From assembly GCA_964358065.1 (NCBI GenBank), contig CAYHNV010000004.1, forward strand, positions 1 through 41,554: a DNA stretch of 41,554 nt, given 5' to 3'. A model generated the notes under the pieces. The model did no database searches, was not told the DNA's origin, and was given only the letters and a program-made list of their open reading frames with translations. Shown piece after piece: positions 10,742-19,818 of this stretch (positions are counted from its first letter, which is position 1; each line of letters begins with the position of its first letter). Origin of the DNA: an uncultured Elusimicrobia bacterium (lineage in GTDB: Bacteria; Elusimicrobiota; Elusimicrobia; UBA1565; UBA9628). Position numbers and translations under genes: made by a program.

Positions 10742-11982
10742 ACGTCGCCCGGATACGGCAGGACTTCCCGATCCTCAAGCGCCTCGTGCACGGCAAGCCC
10801 CTGGCCTATCTCGACAACGCCGCCACTTCGCAGAAGCCGCGCCAGGTGATCGCGGCTCTTGTCGATTTTTACGAGAATCATAACGCAAACGTGCACCGCG
10901 GCGTGCACACCCTCTCCGAGGAGTCCACCTCCATGGTGGAGGCCGTGCGCGCCAAGGTCGCGGCCTTCATCAAGGCCCCCAAGCCCGAGACCATCATTTT
11001 CACCCGTAACGCGACCGAGTCGATCAATCTCGTGGCCCACGCGTGGGGCCGGAAGTTCCTCAAGGCCGGCGACGAGATCGTCTTGACGGAGATGGAGCAT
11101 CATTCCAACATCGTGCCGTGGCAGATGCTGGCCGAGGAAAAAGGAGTGAAACTCCGTTTCATCCCGGTCGAGGTCGACGGGACACTCGACCTGGAGAAGG
11201 TCAAGGCGGCGATGACGCCGAAGACCAAACTCTTCACCTTCACGGCCATTTCGAATGCCTTAGGAACCGTCAACCCCGTGAGGGAGATGGTCGCAATCGG
11301 CAAGACGGCGGGAGCAGTCGTCCTGGTCGACGCGTGCCAGTGGGCCCCGCATCGGCCCATTGACGTCGGTTTGTTGGGTATGGACTTCATCGCCTTCTCC
11401 GCCCATAAGATGCTGGGCCCCACGGGGATCGGCGTCCTTTGGGGCCGCGAGGAGCTTCTCGAGGCGATGGATCCCTTCCTCGGCGGCGGAGACATGATCT
11501 CGCGCGTGACGCTGGAGAAGTCCGCTTGGAACGCGCTGCCTTTTAAGTTCGAGGCCGGCACGCCCAACTTCGCGGACGCCGCGGCTTTCGGCCCGGCCCT
11601 GGACTACCTGAACACGGTCGGTCTCGACGTCCTGCGCAAGCATGAGGAGACTCTTGCCTCCAAGGCCCGCGCCATCCTGGAGGCCGAGCCTTCCGTGACC
11701 CTGCTCGGTCCGCGGGATCCGGCGAAGCGTTCGGGCGTGGTCTCCTTTAATATCGCCGGACTGCACCCGCACGACGTCGGGACGGTATTCGACCTGGAAG
11801 GCGTGGCGATCCGCGTGGGTCATCACTGCTGTCAGCCCCTGATGCACAAACTCAAGTGCGGCGGGACCGCGCGGGCCAGCTTCTATCTCTACAACGATGA
11901 GTCCGACCTGGAAGCCCTGGCGCGAGCGCTCAAGCGCACCCTCGAGTTCTTCAAGGTTGCGGCGAAGGCGGGAGCGGCTTGA
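10738..11982 (+). CDS. sufS: Cysteine desulfurase SufS (group II)
   Basis: YLDNAATSQKP, NVHRG, EHHSNIVPW, SAHKMLGPTG (PLP Lys), RVGHHCCQP. Confidence 0.97.
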   Translation: MNVARIRQDFPILKRLVHGKPLAYLDNAATSQKPRQVIAALVDFYENHNANVHRGVHTLSEESTSMVEAVRAKVAAFIKAPKPETIIFTRNATESINLVAHAWGRKFLKAGDEIVLTEMEHHSNIVPWQMLAEEKGVKLRFIPVEVDGTLDLEKVKAAMTPKTKLFTFTAISNALGTVNPVREMVAIGKTAGAVVLVDACQWAPHRPIDVGLLGMDFIAFSAHKMLGPTGIGVLWGREELLEAMDPFLGGGDMISRVTLEKSAWNALPFKFEAGTPNFADAAAFGPALDYLNTVGLDVLRKHEETLASKARAILEAEPSVTLLGPRDPAKRSGVVSFNIAGLHPHDVGTVFDLEGVAIRVGHHCCQPLMHKLKCGGTARASFYLYNDESDLEALARALKRTLEFFKVAAKAGAA

Positions 11983-12734
11983 TGGAGGGCGATGCGGAGC
12001 TCCAGGACCTCTACCGCGAGGTGCTTCTGGATTATTATCGTTCGAGCGCGCGCAAGGGGATGTTGGACCCGGCGGACCTGCGCGCCCACGGCATCAACCC
12101 CGTCTGCGGCGACGAGATCGAGATTACCGTGCGTCGCCAGGGGGGGCGGATTGCGCAGTTGCGCTACAGCGGCCACGGCTGTGTCATCAGCCAGGCGTCG
12201 GCCGCGATGATGGCGGAGGCTCTCGAGGGCGCCAGCGTTGAGCGCGCCAAGGAACTCGTCAAGGCGTTCAAGGCGATGATGCTGGAGAACGCTCCGGCTG
12301 CGACTCTTCCAGAGGAGCTGGAACAGCTCTCCGCGCTGGAGGGCGTGCGCCGCTTCCCCCTGCGCGTCAAGTGCGCCACCCTCGGCTGGAACACGGTCCT
12401 TCAGGGCCTCGAGAGACCGCAAGTCACCTATCGGATGATCGGCCAGGCTCTCCAGCCCGTCATGGACCCGGAGATTCATATGAGCGTCGTGGACCTGGGC
12501 CTCATCTACGGGGCGTCTCTGGAGGAGTCCGCCAAGGGCCTGGCCGCGAAGGTGACCATGACCCTCACCTCGCCCGCCTGCCCCTACGGCCCGATGCTGC
12601 TGGCTGCGGTTCACTCCGCGCTGGCGAAGATTCCGGGGGTCAAGGACGTGGACGTGGATCTGGTCTTCACGCCCGGGTGGGACCCCCGCGCGATGGCGAC
12701 TGAGGAAGCCAAGGAGCTGCTGGGCTTGTACTGA
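11982..12734 (+). CDS. sufU: SufU (sulfur transfer) fused to SufT/DUF59
   Basis: N-half NPVCGD, GCVISQAS, RVKCATLGW. C-half DPEIHMSVVDLGLIY...TLTSPACP (DUF59 DPE-X-T-X-C). ATG overlaps the sufS stop. Confidence 0.9.
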   Translation: MEGDAELQDLYREVLLDYYRSSARKGMLDPADLRAHGINPVCGDEIEITVRRQGGRIAQLRYSGHGCVISQASAAMMAEALEGASVERAKELVKAFKAMMLENAPAATLPEELEQLSALEGVRRFPLRVKCATLGWNTVLQGLERPQVTYRMIGQALQPVMDPEIHMSVVDLGLIYGASLEESAKGLAAKVTMTLTSPACPYGPMLLAAVHSALAKIPGVKDVDVDLVFTPGWDPRAMATEEAKELLGLY

Positions 12735-12747
12735 TGTCGGAGGCTTG

Positions 12748-13212
12748 ATGAGGATCACGAGTTCGATCGATTACGCCGCACGACTCATGCTGACGCTCGC
12801 GCGCGAGCACGGCAAGTCTCCCGTCGCCGCGGAGCGTCTCGCCGAGTCCGACAGCATCCCGTCCGACTATGTCAGCCAGATCCTGGTCAAGCTCCGGCGC
12901 GCGGGCATCATCTCGAGCCACCGCGGCAGCTCCGGGGGTTACGCCCTCTCCCGCCCGCCCGCGCAGATCACGCTCGGCCAGGTCGTGCGCGCCGTCGACC
13001 GCGATGTCTTCGAGGATGTCTGCGGCAAATACGATGCGGGCGTGAAGGACTGCCGTCATCAGGAACACTGCTCGATCTCGCCGGTCTGGCGCCGTCTCGG
13101 GGGGGTCATCAACGAGTACCTCGAGAGCGTGACTTTGGCCTCGCTCTTAAAGGCCTCTTCCGGCGCGTGCGGTGCCGAGCCTCTTTGGCTCGCTAAAATC
13201 TCAAAAAGCTGA
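12748..13212 (+). CDS. Rrf2-family (IscR-like) transcriptional regulator with 3 Cys
   Basis: DYAARLMLTLA, wHTH YVSQILVKLRRAG, wing SHRGSSGGYAL, ITLGQVVRAVD, C-X9-C-X5-C. SD GGAGG. An alternative TTG start is at 12745. Confidence 0.92.
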   Translation: MRITSSIDYAARLMLTLAREHGKSPVAAERLAESDSIPSDYVSQILVKLRRAGIISSHRGSSGGYALSRPPAQITLGQVVRAVDRDVFEDVCGKYDAGVKDCRHQEHCSISPVWRRLGGVINEYLESVTLASLLKASSGACGAEPLWLAKISKS

Positions 13213-13230
13213 TCTTCAGCGGGAGACATC

Positions 13231-13461
13231 ATGACCATCCAGAAACGTGTCGAGAAGGTCCTTGAAAAGATCCGTCCCTACATCCAGTCCGACGGCGGAG
13301 ACATCTCCCTGGTCGCGGTCGACGAGGCCGCCGGCATCGTGAAGGTCACCCTGCACGGCGCTTGCGGCTCCTGCCCGAGTTCGCAGGCGACGCTCAAGAA
13401 CGGTGTCGAGCGCATGATCCGTCAGGAGATTCCTGAGATCAAGGAAGTCGTCGCGGTCTGA
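13231..13461 (+). CDS. Stand-alone NifU-C/Nfu Fe-S carrier
   Basis: IRPYIQSDGGDI, LHGACGSCPSS (CxxC), TLKNGVE. 76 aa. Confidence 0.92.
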   Translation: MTIQKRVEKVLEKIRPYIQSDGGDISLVAVDEAAGIVKVTLHGACGSCPSSQATLKNGVERMIRQEIPEIKEVVAV

Positions 13462-13463
13462 GC

Positions 13464-14294
13464 GTGCCGAAGCGCCTCGAGCTTCACTGCCATTCCATCT
13501 ATTCGGACGGGACTCTCTCCCCGGTCGAGCTCGTGGCGCGCGCGGTCCAGAACGCGGTGGACCTTCTGGTGCTGAGCGACCATGACACCGTGTCGGGCGC
13601 GGCCGAGCTTTTTGCCGCCGGGTCCAGGGCGGACCTGGAAGTCCGCCTCGGCATCGAGATCAACTGCGCGGGCTCGGGCGCGGCCGACCGCGTTCATATT
13701 CTGGGATACGGTTTTAAGCCTGACGCGCCTGGATTTTCCGAACGCCTCGCCGAGTTCCGCGAGCGCCGCACCCTCAGGGCCCAACGCATCGTTGAGAAGC
13801 TCCGCGCCTTCGGAGTCGCGATCGACTTCGAGGCCGTGCGCGCCGGCGCGTACGAGACCTTGGGCCGGCCTCATGTCGCGGACGCCCTGCGGCGTCTCGG
13901 CGTCGTCAAGAGTCGTCAGGAAGCCTTTGAACGATTCCTGATCAAAGGAAAGCCCGGCTATGTGGATTCGATGGGCCCCAGCCCGGCGGAGGCCATCGCT
14001 CTCATCCGCGACGCGGGCGGCGTCGCCTGCCTGGCTCATCCTCAGACGGCCGGCAAGGAGGGGGAGCTCGATGAGTTGCATCGTGCCGGTCTTCAGGGCA
14101 TTGAGGTCCTCTACTCGGGGCACACTCCTTCCCAGGTCCGCGCATACGGCCATTGGGCCCGGAGTCGGGGCCTGCTGGCCTGCGGCGGCACCGATTTTCA
14201 CGGCCCGCGCACGGGGCGTGACGCGCGTCTCGGCATCGAGTATGATGACGACGCCTATGCCGCGCTCATCGAGAGGTTCGAAGAATGCTTGTGA
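13464..14294 (+). CDS. PHP-domain metallophosphoesterase (YciV/TrpH-like)
   Basis: ELHCHSIYSDG, SDHDT, HILGY, GRPHVA, LAHP, GGTDFHG. Confidence 0.88.
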   Translation: MPKRLELHCHSIYSDGTLSPVELVARAVQNAVDLLVLSDHDTVSGAAELFAAGSRADLEVRLGIEINCAGSGAADRVHILGYGFKPDAPGFSERLAEFRERRTLRAQRIVEKLRAFGVAIDFEAVRAGAYETLGRPHVADALRRLGVVKSRQEAFERFLIKGKPGYVDSMGPSPAEAIALIRDAGGVACLAHPQTAGKEGELDELHRAGLQGIEVLYSGHTPSQVRAYGHWARSRGLLACGGTDFHGPRTGRDARLGIEYDDDAYAALIERFEECL

Positions 14295-14995
14295 TCGCTC
14301 ACCGGGGCGCTAGCGGTCACGCGCCCGAGAACACGCTGGCTTCCTTCAGCCGCGCCCTCGCGATGGGTGCTAGGGCCATCGAGCTGGACGTGCACCAGAC
14401 CCTGGACCATGAGCTGGTCGTGGCCCACGACGACGACCTGCGCCGCTGCGGCCGCGACCGCCGGCGCCTGAAGGCCCTGCATTGGGACGAGGCGGCGGAA
14501 GTGGACGTGGGCTCCTGGTTCGACAAGAGCTTCGCCGGAGAGCGTCTGCCTCGTCTTGACGAGGTCTACGACCTCGTCCCGCCTTCCGTCGAGCTCCATG
14601 TGGAACTCAAGCACGGCTCCCGGATATATCCGGGCATTGAGGAGCGCGTGGTGGACCTGGTCCATAAGCGCGGCGGACTTTCCCGCACCTTGATCTCCAG
14701 TTTCGACCACGAGGCCCTCTACTCGGTGCGCTCCCTTGACGAGAAGGTGCGTCTCGGCTATCTTCTGGGCTTGACGACACTGAAGACCGCCGTCCGCGAG
14801 ATGAAGGACATCGCCGCCGAGAGCCTCAACTGCTCCATGCGCCAGGCCAACGCCCGCCTGCTCAAGGCCGCCCACGACCGCGGCTTCCGGGTCCTGGTCT
14901 ATACCGTCAACACCCCCGCCGACCGCGACCGGCTCGCCCGCCTCGGCGTGGACGGGATCTTCTGCAATTATCCGGAGCTGGACCTGTGGCGCTAA
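14285..14995 (+). CDS. Glycerophosphodiester phosphodiesterase (GDPD, GlpQ/UgpQ family)
   Basis: IAHRGASGHAPENT, IELDVH, AHD, VELK, ISSF, YTVN, GVDGIF. Confidence 0.92.
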   Translation: MLVIAHRGASGHAPENTLASFSRALAMGARAIELDVHQTLDHELVVAHDDDLRRCGRDRRRLKALHWDEAAEVDVGSWFDKSFAGERLPRLDEVYDLVPPSVELHVELKHGSRIYPGIEERVVDLVHKRGGLSRTLISSFDHEALYSVRSLDEKVRLGYLLGLTTLKTAVREMKDIAAESLNCSMRQANARLLKAAHDRGFRVLVYTVNTPADRDRLARLGVDGIFCNYPELDLWR

Positions 14996-16038
14996 AAGCG
15001 CCGGAGCCGTCCCCCGCGCAACTCGCGACCGAGGTCGAACGCCTGACGGACAGGGGCCTGGCCGACCTCGGCTGGCGCTGCGCGGAGCTCGAGCGCGCAG
15101 CGCGTCTGAGCTGGAGGATCAACAGCCTCAAGGTTTCCACGAGCACCGTCATCCCCGCGCACGTCTACCAGCGTCCCGAGGTCCTGCTCGGCGTGGCCGA
15201 CTTCGTGGGCGATTCCTACAAGCTCGCCCGCATGTGCGCCGAGTCGTCGGCCAAGCGCGTCGTGTTCTGCGGCGTGCGTTTCATGGCCGAGACGGCGAAG
15301 ATCCTCGATCCCGAGAAGGAGGTCCTTCTGCCTGCCCCGGAGGCGGGCTGTTCGCTTTCCGAGTCTATTTCGGCGGCTCAGGTGCGCGCACTGAAGAAGG
15401 CCCATCCCGGCGCGCCGATCGTCACCTATATCAACACCTCGGCGGAGGTGAAGGCGGAGTCCGACGTGGTCGTGACCTCGGCCAACGCCCCAAGGATCTT
15501 GCGGAAGCTCTACGCCGAGCATACGAAGATCGTCTTCATCCCGGACGCCATGATGGGCCGCAATCTTGCCTCGGAACTCGGCAAGAAGCTGGGAGAAGAG
15601 CTGGTGATATGGGACGGTTCCTGCGTCGTCCATGAGAATTTTGACGCGGCCTCGGTCGAGTTCTACCGGAAGATGTATCCGGGCGTGAAGATCCTGGCCC
15701 ACTTCGAGTGCAGTCCGGGCCTGGTTTCCGTCGTTGACTTCATGGGCGGCACCGGCGGCATGATGAAGTGGGTGGGTGAGCATAAGGCCCCATCCTACAT
15801 GCTGCTGACCGAGTGCGGGTTGGGAGATCTCGCCCGCACGCGATTTCCCGACAAGGTCTTCGTGCCCATGTGTCGGCTTTGCCCGTACATGAAGGCGACC
15901 GACCTCTCCCGCATCCTGCGGGCGATGGAGCGTCCCGCCGCCTCCCAGCGCATCCTGGTCCCTGCCGCGATTGGCGAGCGGGCGCGCCGTCCCATTGCGA
16001 GGATGTTCGAGCTCGCCGAGGACGGGTCGGCTTCGTGA
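14986..16038 (+). CDS. nadA: Quinolinate synthase A ([4Fe-4S])
   Basis: AHVYQRPEV, GDSYKLA, FCGVRFMAE, AGCSL, YINTSAEVKA, GSCVVH, AHFEC, CPYMK. All three cluster Cys are present. Confidence 0.93.
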   Translation: MALKAPEPSPAQLATEVERLTDRGLADLGWRCAELERAARLSWRINSLKVSTSTVIPAHVYQRPEVLLGVADFVGDSYKLARMCAESSAKRVVFCGVRFMAETAKILDPEKEVLLPAPEAGCSLSESISAAQVRALKKAHPGAPIVTYINTSAEVKAESDVVVTSANAPRILRKLYAEHTKIVFIPDAMMGRNLASELGKKLGEELVIWDGSCVVHENFDAASVEFYRKMYPGVKILAHFECSPGLVSVVDFMGGTGGMMKWVGEHKAPSYMLLTECGLGDLARTRFPDKVFVPMCRLCPYMKATDLSRILRAMERPAASQRILVPAAIGERARRPIARMFELAEDGSAS

Positions 16039-17606
16039 GCCCCTGGCAAGCCTGGACGGACGAAATTTTCGCTGTCGCAAAAAATATTAATAGGCCGGTC
16101 TTGGCCGTGGTCGGCCCGCGCGTGCCCGAGTCCTTGCGCGCGGATGAAGCGTCGATCGAACGCCTCTTCCTCGCGGTCTTGGTCGACTGCGAGGAGCGTC
16201 CGGACGCCGCCGTCCGCATCGGGCGTGGCCGCGCGGTCGTGCTGGACTCTCGGGGCGCGCGTCGTGCCGTCTTGCCATTGCCCGCCTCCGGACTGAGCGC
16301 GACGCTCGAGCGCCTGGCGGCCGAGGCCGTCTCTTTGAGCGGCGGCCGCCCGGAACCGGAAGTCCCGGCGTGGACGGGGGCGGTGCGCCGGGAGCCCTTC
16401 GGCGCGGTCCCGGAAGAGCCGATCCTGGAGCAGGCCTTTGCCGCAGCGCGCCAGGCGGCCGCCGCCGGAGAGCCGGGCCTCGACGTCCTGGAAGCCCTCG
16501 TCTATGCCGCCTCCGAAAGGGCGGACCACGAGGCCCGTGCTCTCCTTGAAAAGTCGCTCGACCGGCTCCTGGCGGGTCCGTGCTGGGATCATGAGCGCCG
16601 CCTGTTCCGTGCCGACGGGGAGTCCGCGCTTCTGGCCAACGCGCGACGCTCTCGTCTGCTGTGGGACGCTTACGCCCTGACCTATTCGGCCCGCTGGCGC
16701 GAGGCGGCCGAGAGTTCGAGCCTTTTTATGCTGAAGAGTCTTTTTGAGCCCGGCATCGGGGCCTTTCGCCGCGTTCCGGCGCCGGCGCCGGCCGTCTTCA
16801 CCGCCGACGCCAATGCCCAGGCCGTTCTGGCGCTTCTGCGCGCGGCCGCCTTCGGCGTCCCGGGCGCGGGCAAGGCCGTGGGGAAGACGCTGGCCTTCCT
16901 CCGTGGGCTTTATGATCCCCTCCTGGGTCTTCAGCACTCCTGCGATGGCGGGGGGGCGTCGGTGTGCGGACTGCTTTCCGATGCCGCCTGGACGGCGCTC
17001 GCCTTCGCCGAGGCGTCGCAGGCCACGGGCCTCAAGCCTCACCGTGAGTTCGCCGACGCCCTCCTGCGCTTCCTTTTCCAGGAACTATGGGAACGCGATG
17101 GGGGCGGCTTCCTCGACCGCGTGCCGCGCCCCTCGGACCCGCTCATCTTGCGTGAGCCGCACCTGGACCCGGGTCTCAACGCCGTGGCACTCGAGGTCTG
17201 CTGGCGTCTCCATCACCTTAAGGGCAACACGAACTATCGTCGCTGGCTTGACTGGGGCCTGCGCGGCGCTTGGTCCGCGGCAGCGCCGGGTCCGGCGGGT
17301 TTCTTCAGCCTGGCACGGGTGGCGGACATGGCTGCGCGAGGTCGTCTGGATATTGAGCTGGTCGGTCGTGTCGGAGGGGCGCGTTGCGTCGAACTTTTGG
17401 GCGCGGCTGTTCGCCAGTACGCGCCGCGCGCCATCATCTCCATTGTCGATCCCGACGACCAGGATTACATCCTGGCGCATAAGCTGACCGCCGAGTCCTA
17501 TCCGCGGCTCTTCGGCTGCGGGGCGGACCTGCGCAGGCTCTGCGACACCGATGACCCAGCGCGCGTGCCCGAAGTCTTCGCCGCGGCGCGCGCCGCGGAC
17601 ATTTGA
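16035..17606 (+). CDS. Degenerate YyaL/SSP411-like protein (thioredoxin-like N-domain plus alpha/alpha barrel)
   Basis: GTG 16035 overlaps the nadA stop (GTGA). 'PWQAWTDEIFAVAKNINRPV' and 'VDCEERPD' resemble the YyaL N-domain. 'GLLSDAA' and 'LWERDGGGF' resemble the barrel motifs. CxxC is absent. Confidence 0.65.
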   Translation: MSPWQAWTDEIFAVAKNINRPVLAVVGPRVPESLRADEASIERLFLAVLVDCEERPDAAVRIGRGRAVVLDSRGARRAVLPLPASGLSATLERLAAEAVSLSGGRPEPEVPAWTGAVRREPFGAVPEEPILEQAFAAARQAAAAGEPGLDVLEALVYAASERADHEARALLEKSLDRLLAGPCWDHERRLFRADGESALLANARRSRLLWDAYALTYSARWREAAESSSLFMLKSLFEPGIGAFRRVPAPAPAVFTADANAQAVLALLRAAAFGVPGAGKAVGKTLAFLRGLYDPLLGLQHSCDGGGASVCGLLSDAAWTALAFAEASQATGLKPHREFADALLRFLFQELWERDGGGFLDRVPRPSDPLILREPHLDPGLNAVALEVCWRLHHLKGNTNYRRWLDWGLRGAWSAAAPGPAGFFSLARVADMAARGRLDIELVGRVGGARCVELLGAAVRQYAPRAIISIVDPDDQDYILAHKLTAESYPRLFGCGADLRRLCDTDDPARVPEVFAAARAADI

Positions 17607-17618
17607 GTATTGCGTCCG

Positions 17619-18425
17619 TTAAAATTCCACGCCCAGCCCCAAATCATACTGTCTCAGCAGGGCGGCCGGAATGCGAGATTCATAGCTCCAGGCTCCGGAG
17701 GCGAAACAGTTTTTTCTAAAAATCCAACGCAGCTCCAGGCGTCCCGTGTGGGCTTGGAATTCGCCGGAACCATAACGGCCCGGCGCCCCGGACTGGAAGC
17801 CCTCTTTGCGGTAGGCGTAGGAGGGCAGAATTCGCAGCGTGGAAACGGGGGAAAACTTCGCCTGCGCCAGCACGGCGGGGGTCAGGCGTTCGGCTCCCCC
17901 GCCCTTGAATCGCGTGAGGGTCAGATAGATCCTGGCGGTCGCGGTCCACACGGCGTTTTTTTCCCATTCCGAGCCGACGGCGAGCATATGAACGTCGGCC
18001 GTTGGATAATGCGAATAGCGGTAGGCGGGGGAGAGCGAGAGGCCCTGGTCCAAGCCTTGGTACAAAGTCAAGTCGGTCAGGAAATAAGGCAGCACTTTTG
18101 CGTCCGGGGAGATGCTGATTTTGGCTTCGAGGCCGGTGGATTTTCCCCATTTTGCATTTGCCCCCAGCGTTGCCTGCTGATCGGTGAAACCGAAACGCCG
18201 CACCACGCTTTGTCCCGCCAAGACGCCCCAGTTGGAGGCGGCGAATATGTCGACCGCGACTTGCGTCCATTGATTCCACCCGGGCGCCGTCGTGAAACTG
18301 TACTCTTCGTGGCCATAGCCTGTGTTGACGGCGACCCGTGAACGCATGGGCGAAGCCCGCGCCGAAGCCGCGGCGGCCAGCAGGAGCGCCAGGCTAAGCT
18401 GTATTTCCCAATCCCTTGCGTTCAA
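17619..18425 (-). CDS. YaiO-family outer-membrane beta-barrel protein
   Basis: Signal peptide (LSLALLLAAAASARA), alternating aromatic beta-strands, 'RRFGFTD', C-terminal Phe (LGVEF). Lies directly downstream of a GT2. Confidence 0.7.
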   Translation of the reverse strand: MNARDWEIQLSLALLLAAAASARASPMRSRVAVNTGYGHEEYSFTTAPGWNQWTQVAVDIFAASNWGVLAGQSVVRRFGFTDQQATLGANAKWGKSTGLEAKISISPDAKVLPYFLTDLTLYQGLDQGLSLSPAYRYSHYPTADVHMLAVGSEWEKNAVWTATARIYLTLTRFKGGGAERLTPAVLAQAKFSPVSTLRILPSYAYRKEGFQSGAPGRYGSGEFQAHTGRLELRWIFRKNCFASGAWSYESRIPAALLRQYDLGLGVEF

Positions 18426-19818
18426 GGACCCCCCATACGTTGCTGCGGTTTAAGAAGCCGAGGATTCCGGCGAATCTGGCCAAGGCTGTAAACTGGCGAT
18501 AACCGAAGTTTTCAAAAATAGCGCCGGCCAACAGACGCATCAAATCCCTGACCTGCGGGTAGCGGTGGAGGGTCAATTCTTCCAGGACCACGGCCAGCAA
18601 GGATAAATTGACGCCCATCATCACGGCCAAGAGGAAGAAAGCCGCACAAGACTCCCATTGCAGCTGGCCCAGGACCGCGGCAATCAGGAAAATGAGGTAA
18701 CCCCATATTTCCACGACCGGGCTCAAAAATTCCACGGCCCAGAAATAAGGCACCGTCAACAGCCCGAGAACGCCGAAGCGAGGGTTGAACAGCAGCGCGC
18801 GATGCCGGAAGAGCGATTGCCCCAGCCCTCTTTGCCAGCGATCTCTTTGCCGCCAAAGCATTTTGAAACGTTCCGGCGCCTCGGTCCAGCAGACCGGGTC
18901 CGGAATAAATTCAATACCGCACGCCCGCTTCTGATTTCTCAGCGTCTGATGCAGACGCATGACCAGTTCCATGTCCTCGCCGACCGTCGATCGGTCGTAG
19001 CCCTTCACCTCCAGGACGGGAGCTTTCTTGAAGAGACTGAAAGCGCCGGAGAGAACGAGAAGGCTGCCGAGATTGGCCCAGGCGATCCTTCCAGACAAGA
19101 ATGCGCGCAGATATTCCACCGCCTGGAAACAGGGAAGCCATTGTTTCGGAAGGCGGACTATTTGGATCAATCCCTGCGCAATCGAGCAGCCGTTGGCGAT
19201 GCGCACCATCCCGCCCACGCCCACGACGTCGGCTCGCTCCATAAACGGAAGAGCTACCCGCAGCAGGGAGTCTCGATCCAGGATCGAGTCCGCGTCCACC
19301 GAGCAAAAAAGGGGGTATTGGGAGACGTTGATTCCAGCGTTGAGGGCGTCGGACTTTCCGCCGTTTTCTTTGTCGAGGAGCACGAGTCTGCTCCAGGCCG
19401 CGGCCGACCGGGCGACGTAGATGCCCTTGACAGTCTTGGTCGCGATGGTCTGATGATAGACCCGCTTGGTCTTGCTCAATCCAAAAGCTTCGATCAGCTT
19501 TTGGAGCGTCTCATCGTGAGAGCCATCGTTGATGATGATCACTTCAAAGGTGGGATAATTCAACTCCAACAGGGCCTTGACGCTGGAGATGATGCCCGTG
19601 GCTTCGTTATAAGCCGGAACCAAGATGGAAATCGGAGGCGCCAGGCGCGATTTTGAGATTTCCAACAGGTTCCTATAGCTCATGGAATGGATATGGCGCA
19701 GGATGGCCAAAATAGAGACTGTGAAAAGCGCGAGATAGAGCAGGTTCGTGGCGAGAAAATACAGAAGAATGGCCGACTGCGACTTGGCCAAGAAGGCGGC
19801 GAGCCCGTCAGACATCAT
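18394..19818 (-). CDS. Processive family-2 glycosyltransferase (PgaC/IcaA/YaiP-like polysaccharide synthase)
   Basis: N-terminal TM, PAYNE, NDGS, GGKSDALN, DADS, EYLRAF, GEDM, QRDRW (QxxRW), C-terminal TMs. ATG 19818 overlaps the stop of the HEAT gene. Confidence 0.9.
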   Translation of the reverse strand: MMSDGLAAFLAKSQSAILLYFLATNLLYLALFTVSILAILRHIHSMSYRNLLEISKSRLAPPISILVPAYNEATGIISSVKALLELNYPTFEVIIINDGSHDETLQKLIEAFGLSKTKRVYHQTIATKTVKGIYVARSAAAWSRLVLLDKENGGKSDALNAGINVSQYPLFCSVDADSILDRDSLLRVALPFMERADVVGVGGMVRIANGCSIAQGLIQIVRLPKQWLPCFQAVEYLRAFLSGRIAWANLGSLLVLSGAFSLFKKAPVLEVKGYDRSTVGEDMELVMRLHQTLRNQKRACGIEFIPDPVCWTEAPERFKMLWRQRDRWQRGLGQSLFRHRALLFNPRFGVLGLLTVPYFWAVEFLSPVVEIWGYLIFLIAAVLGQLQWESCAAFFLLAVMMGVNLSLLAVVLEELTLHRYPQVRDLMRLLAGAIFENFGYRQFTALARFAGILGFLNRSNVWGVLERKGLGNTA

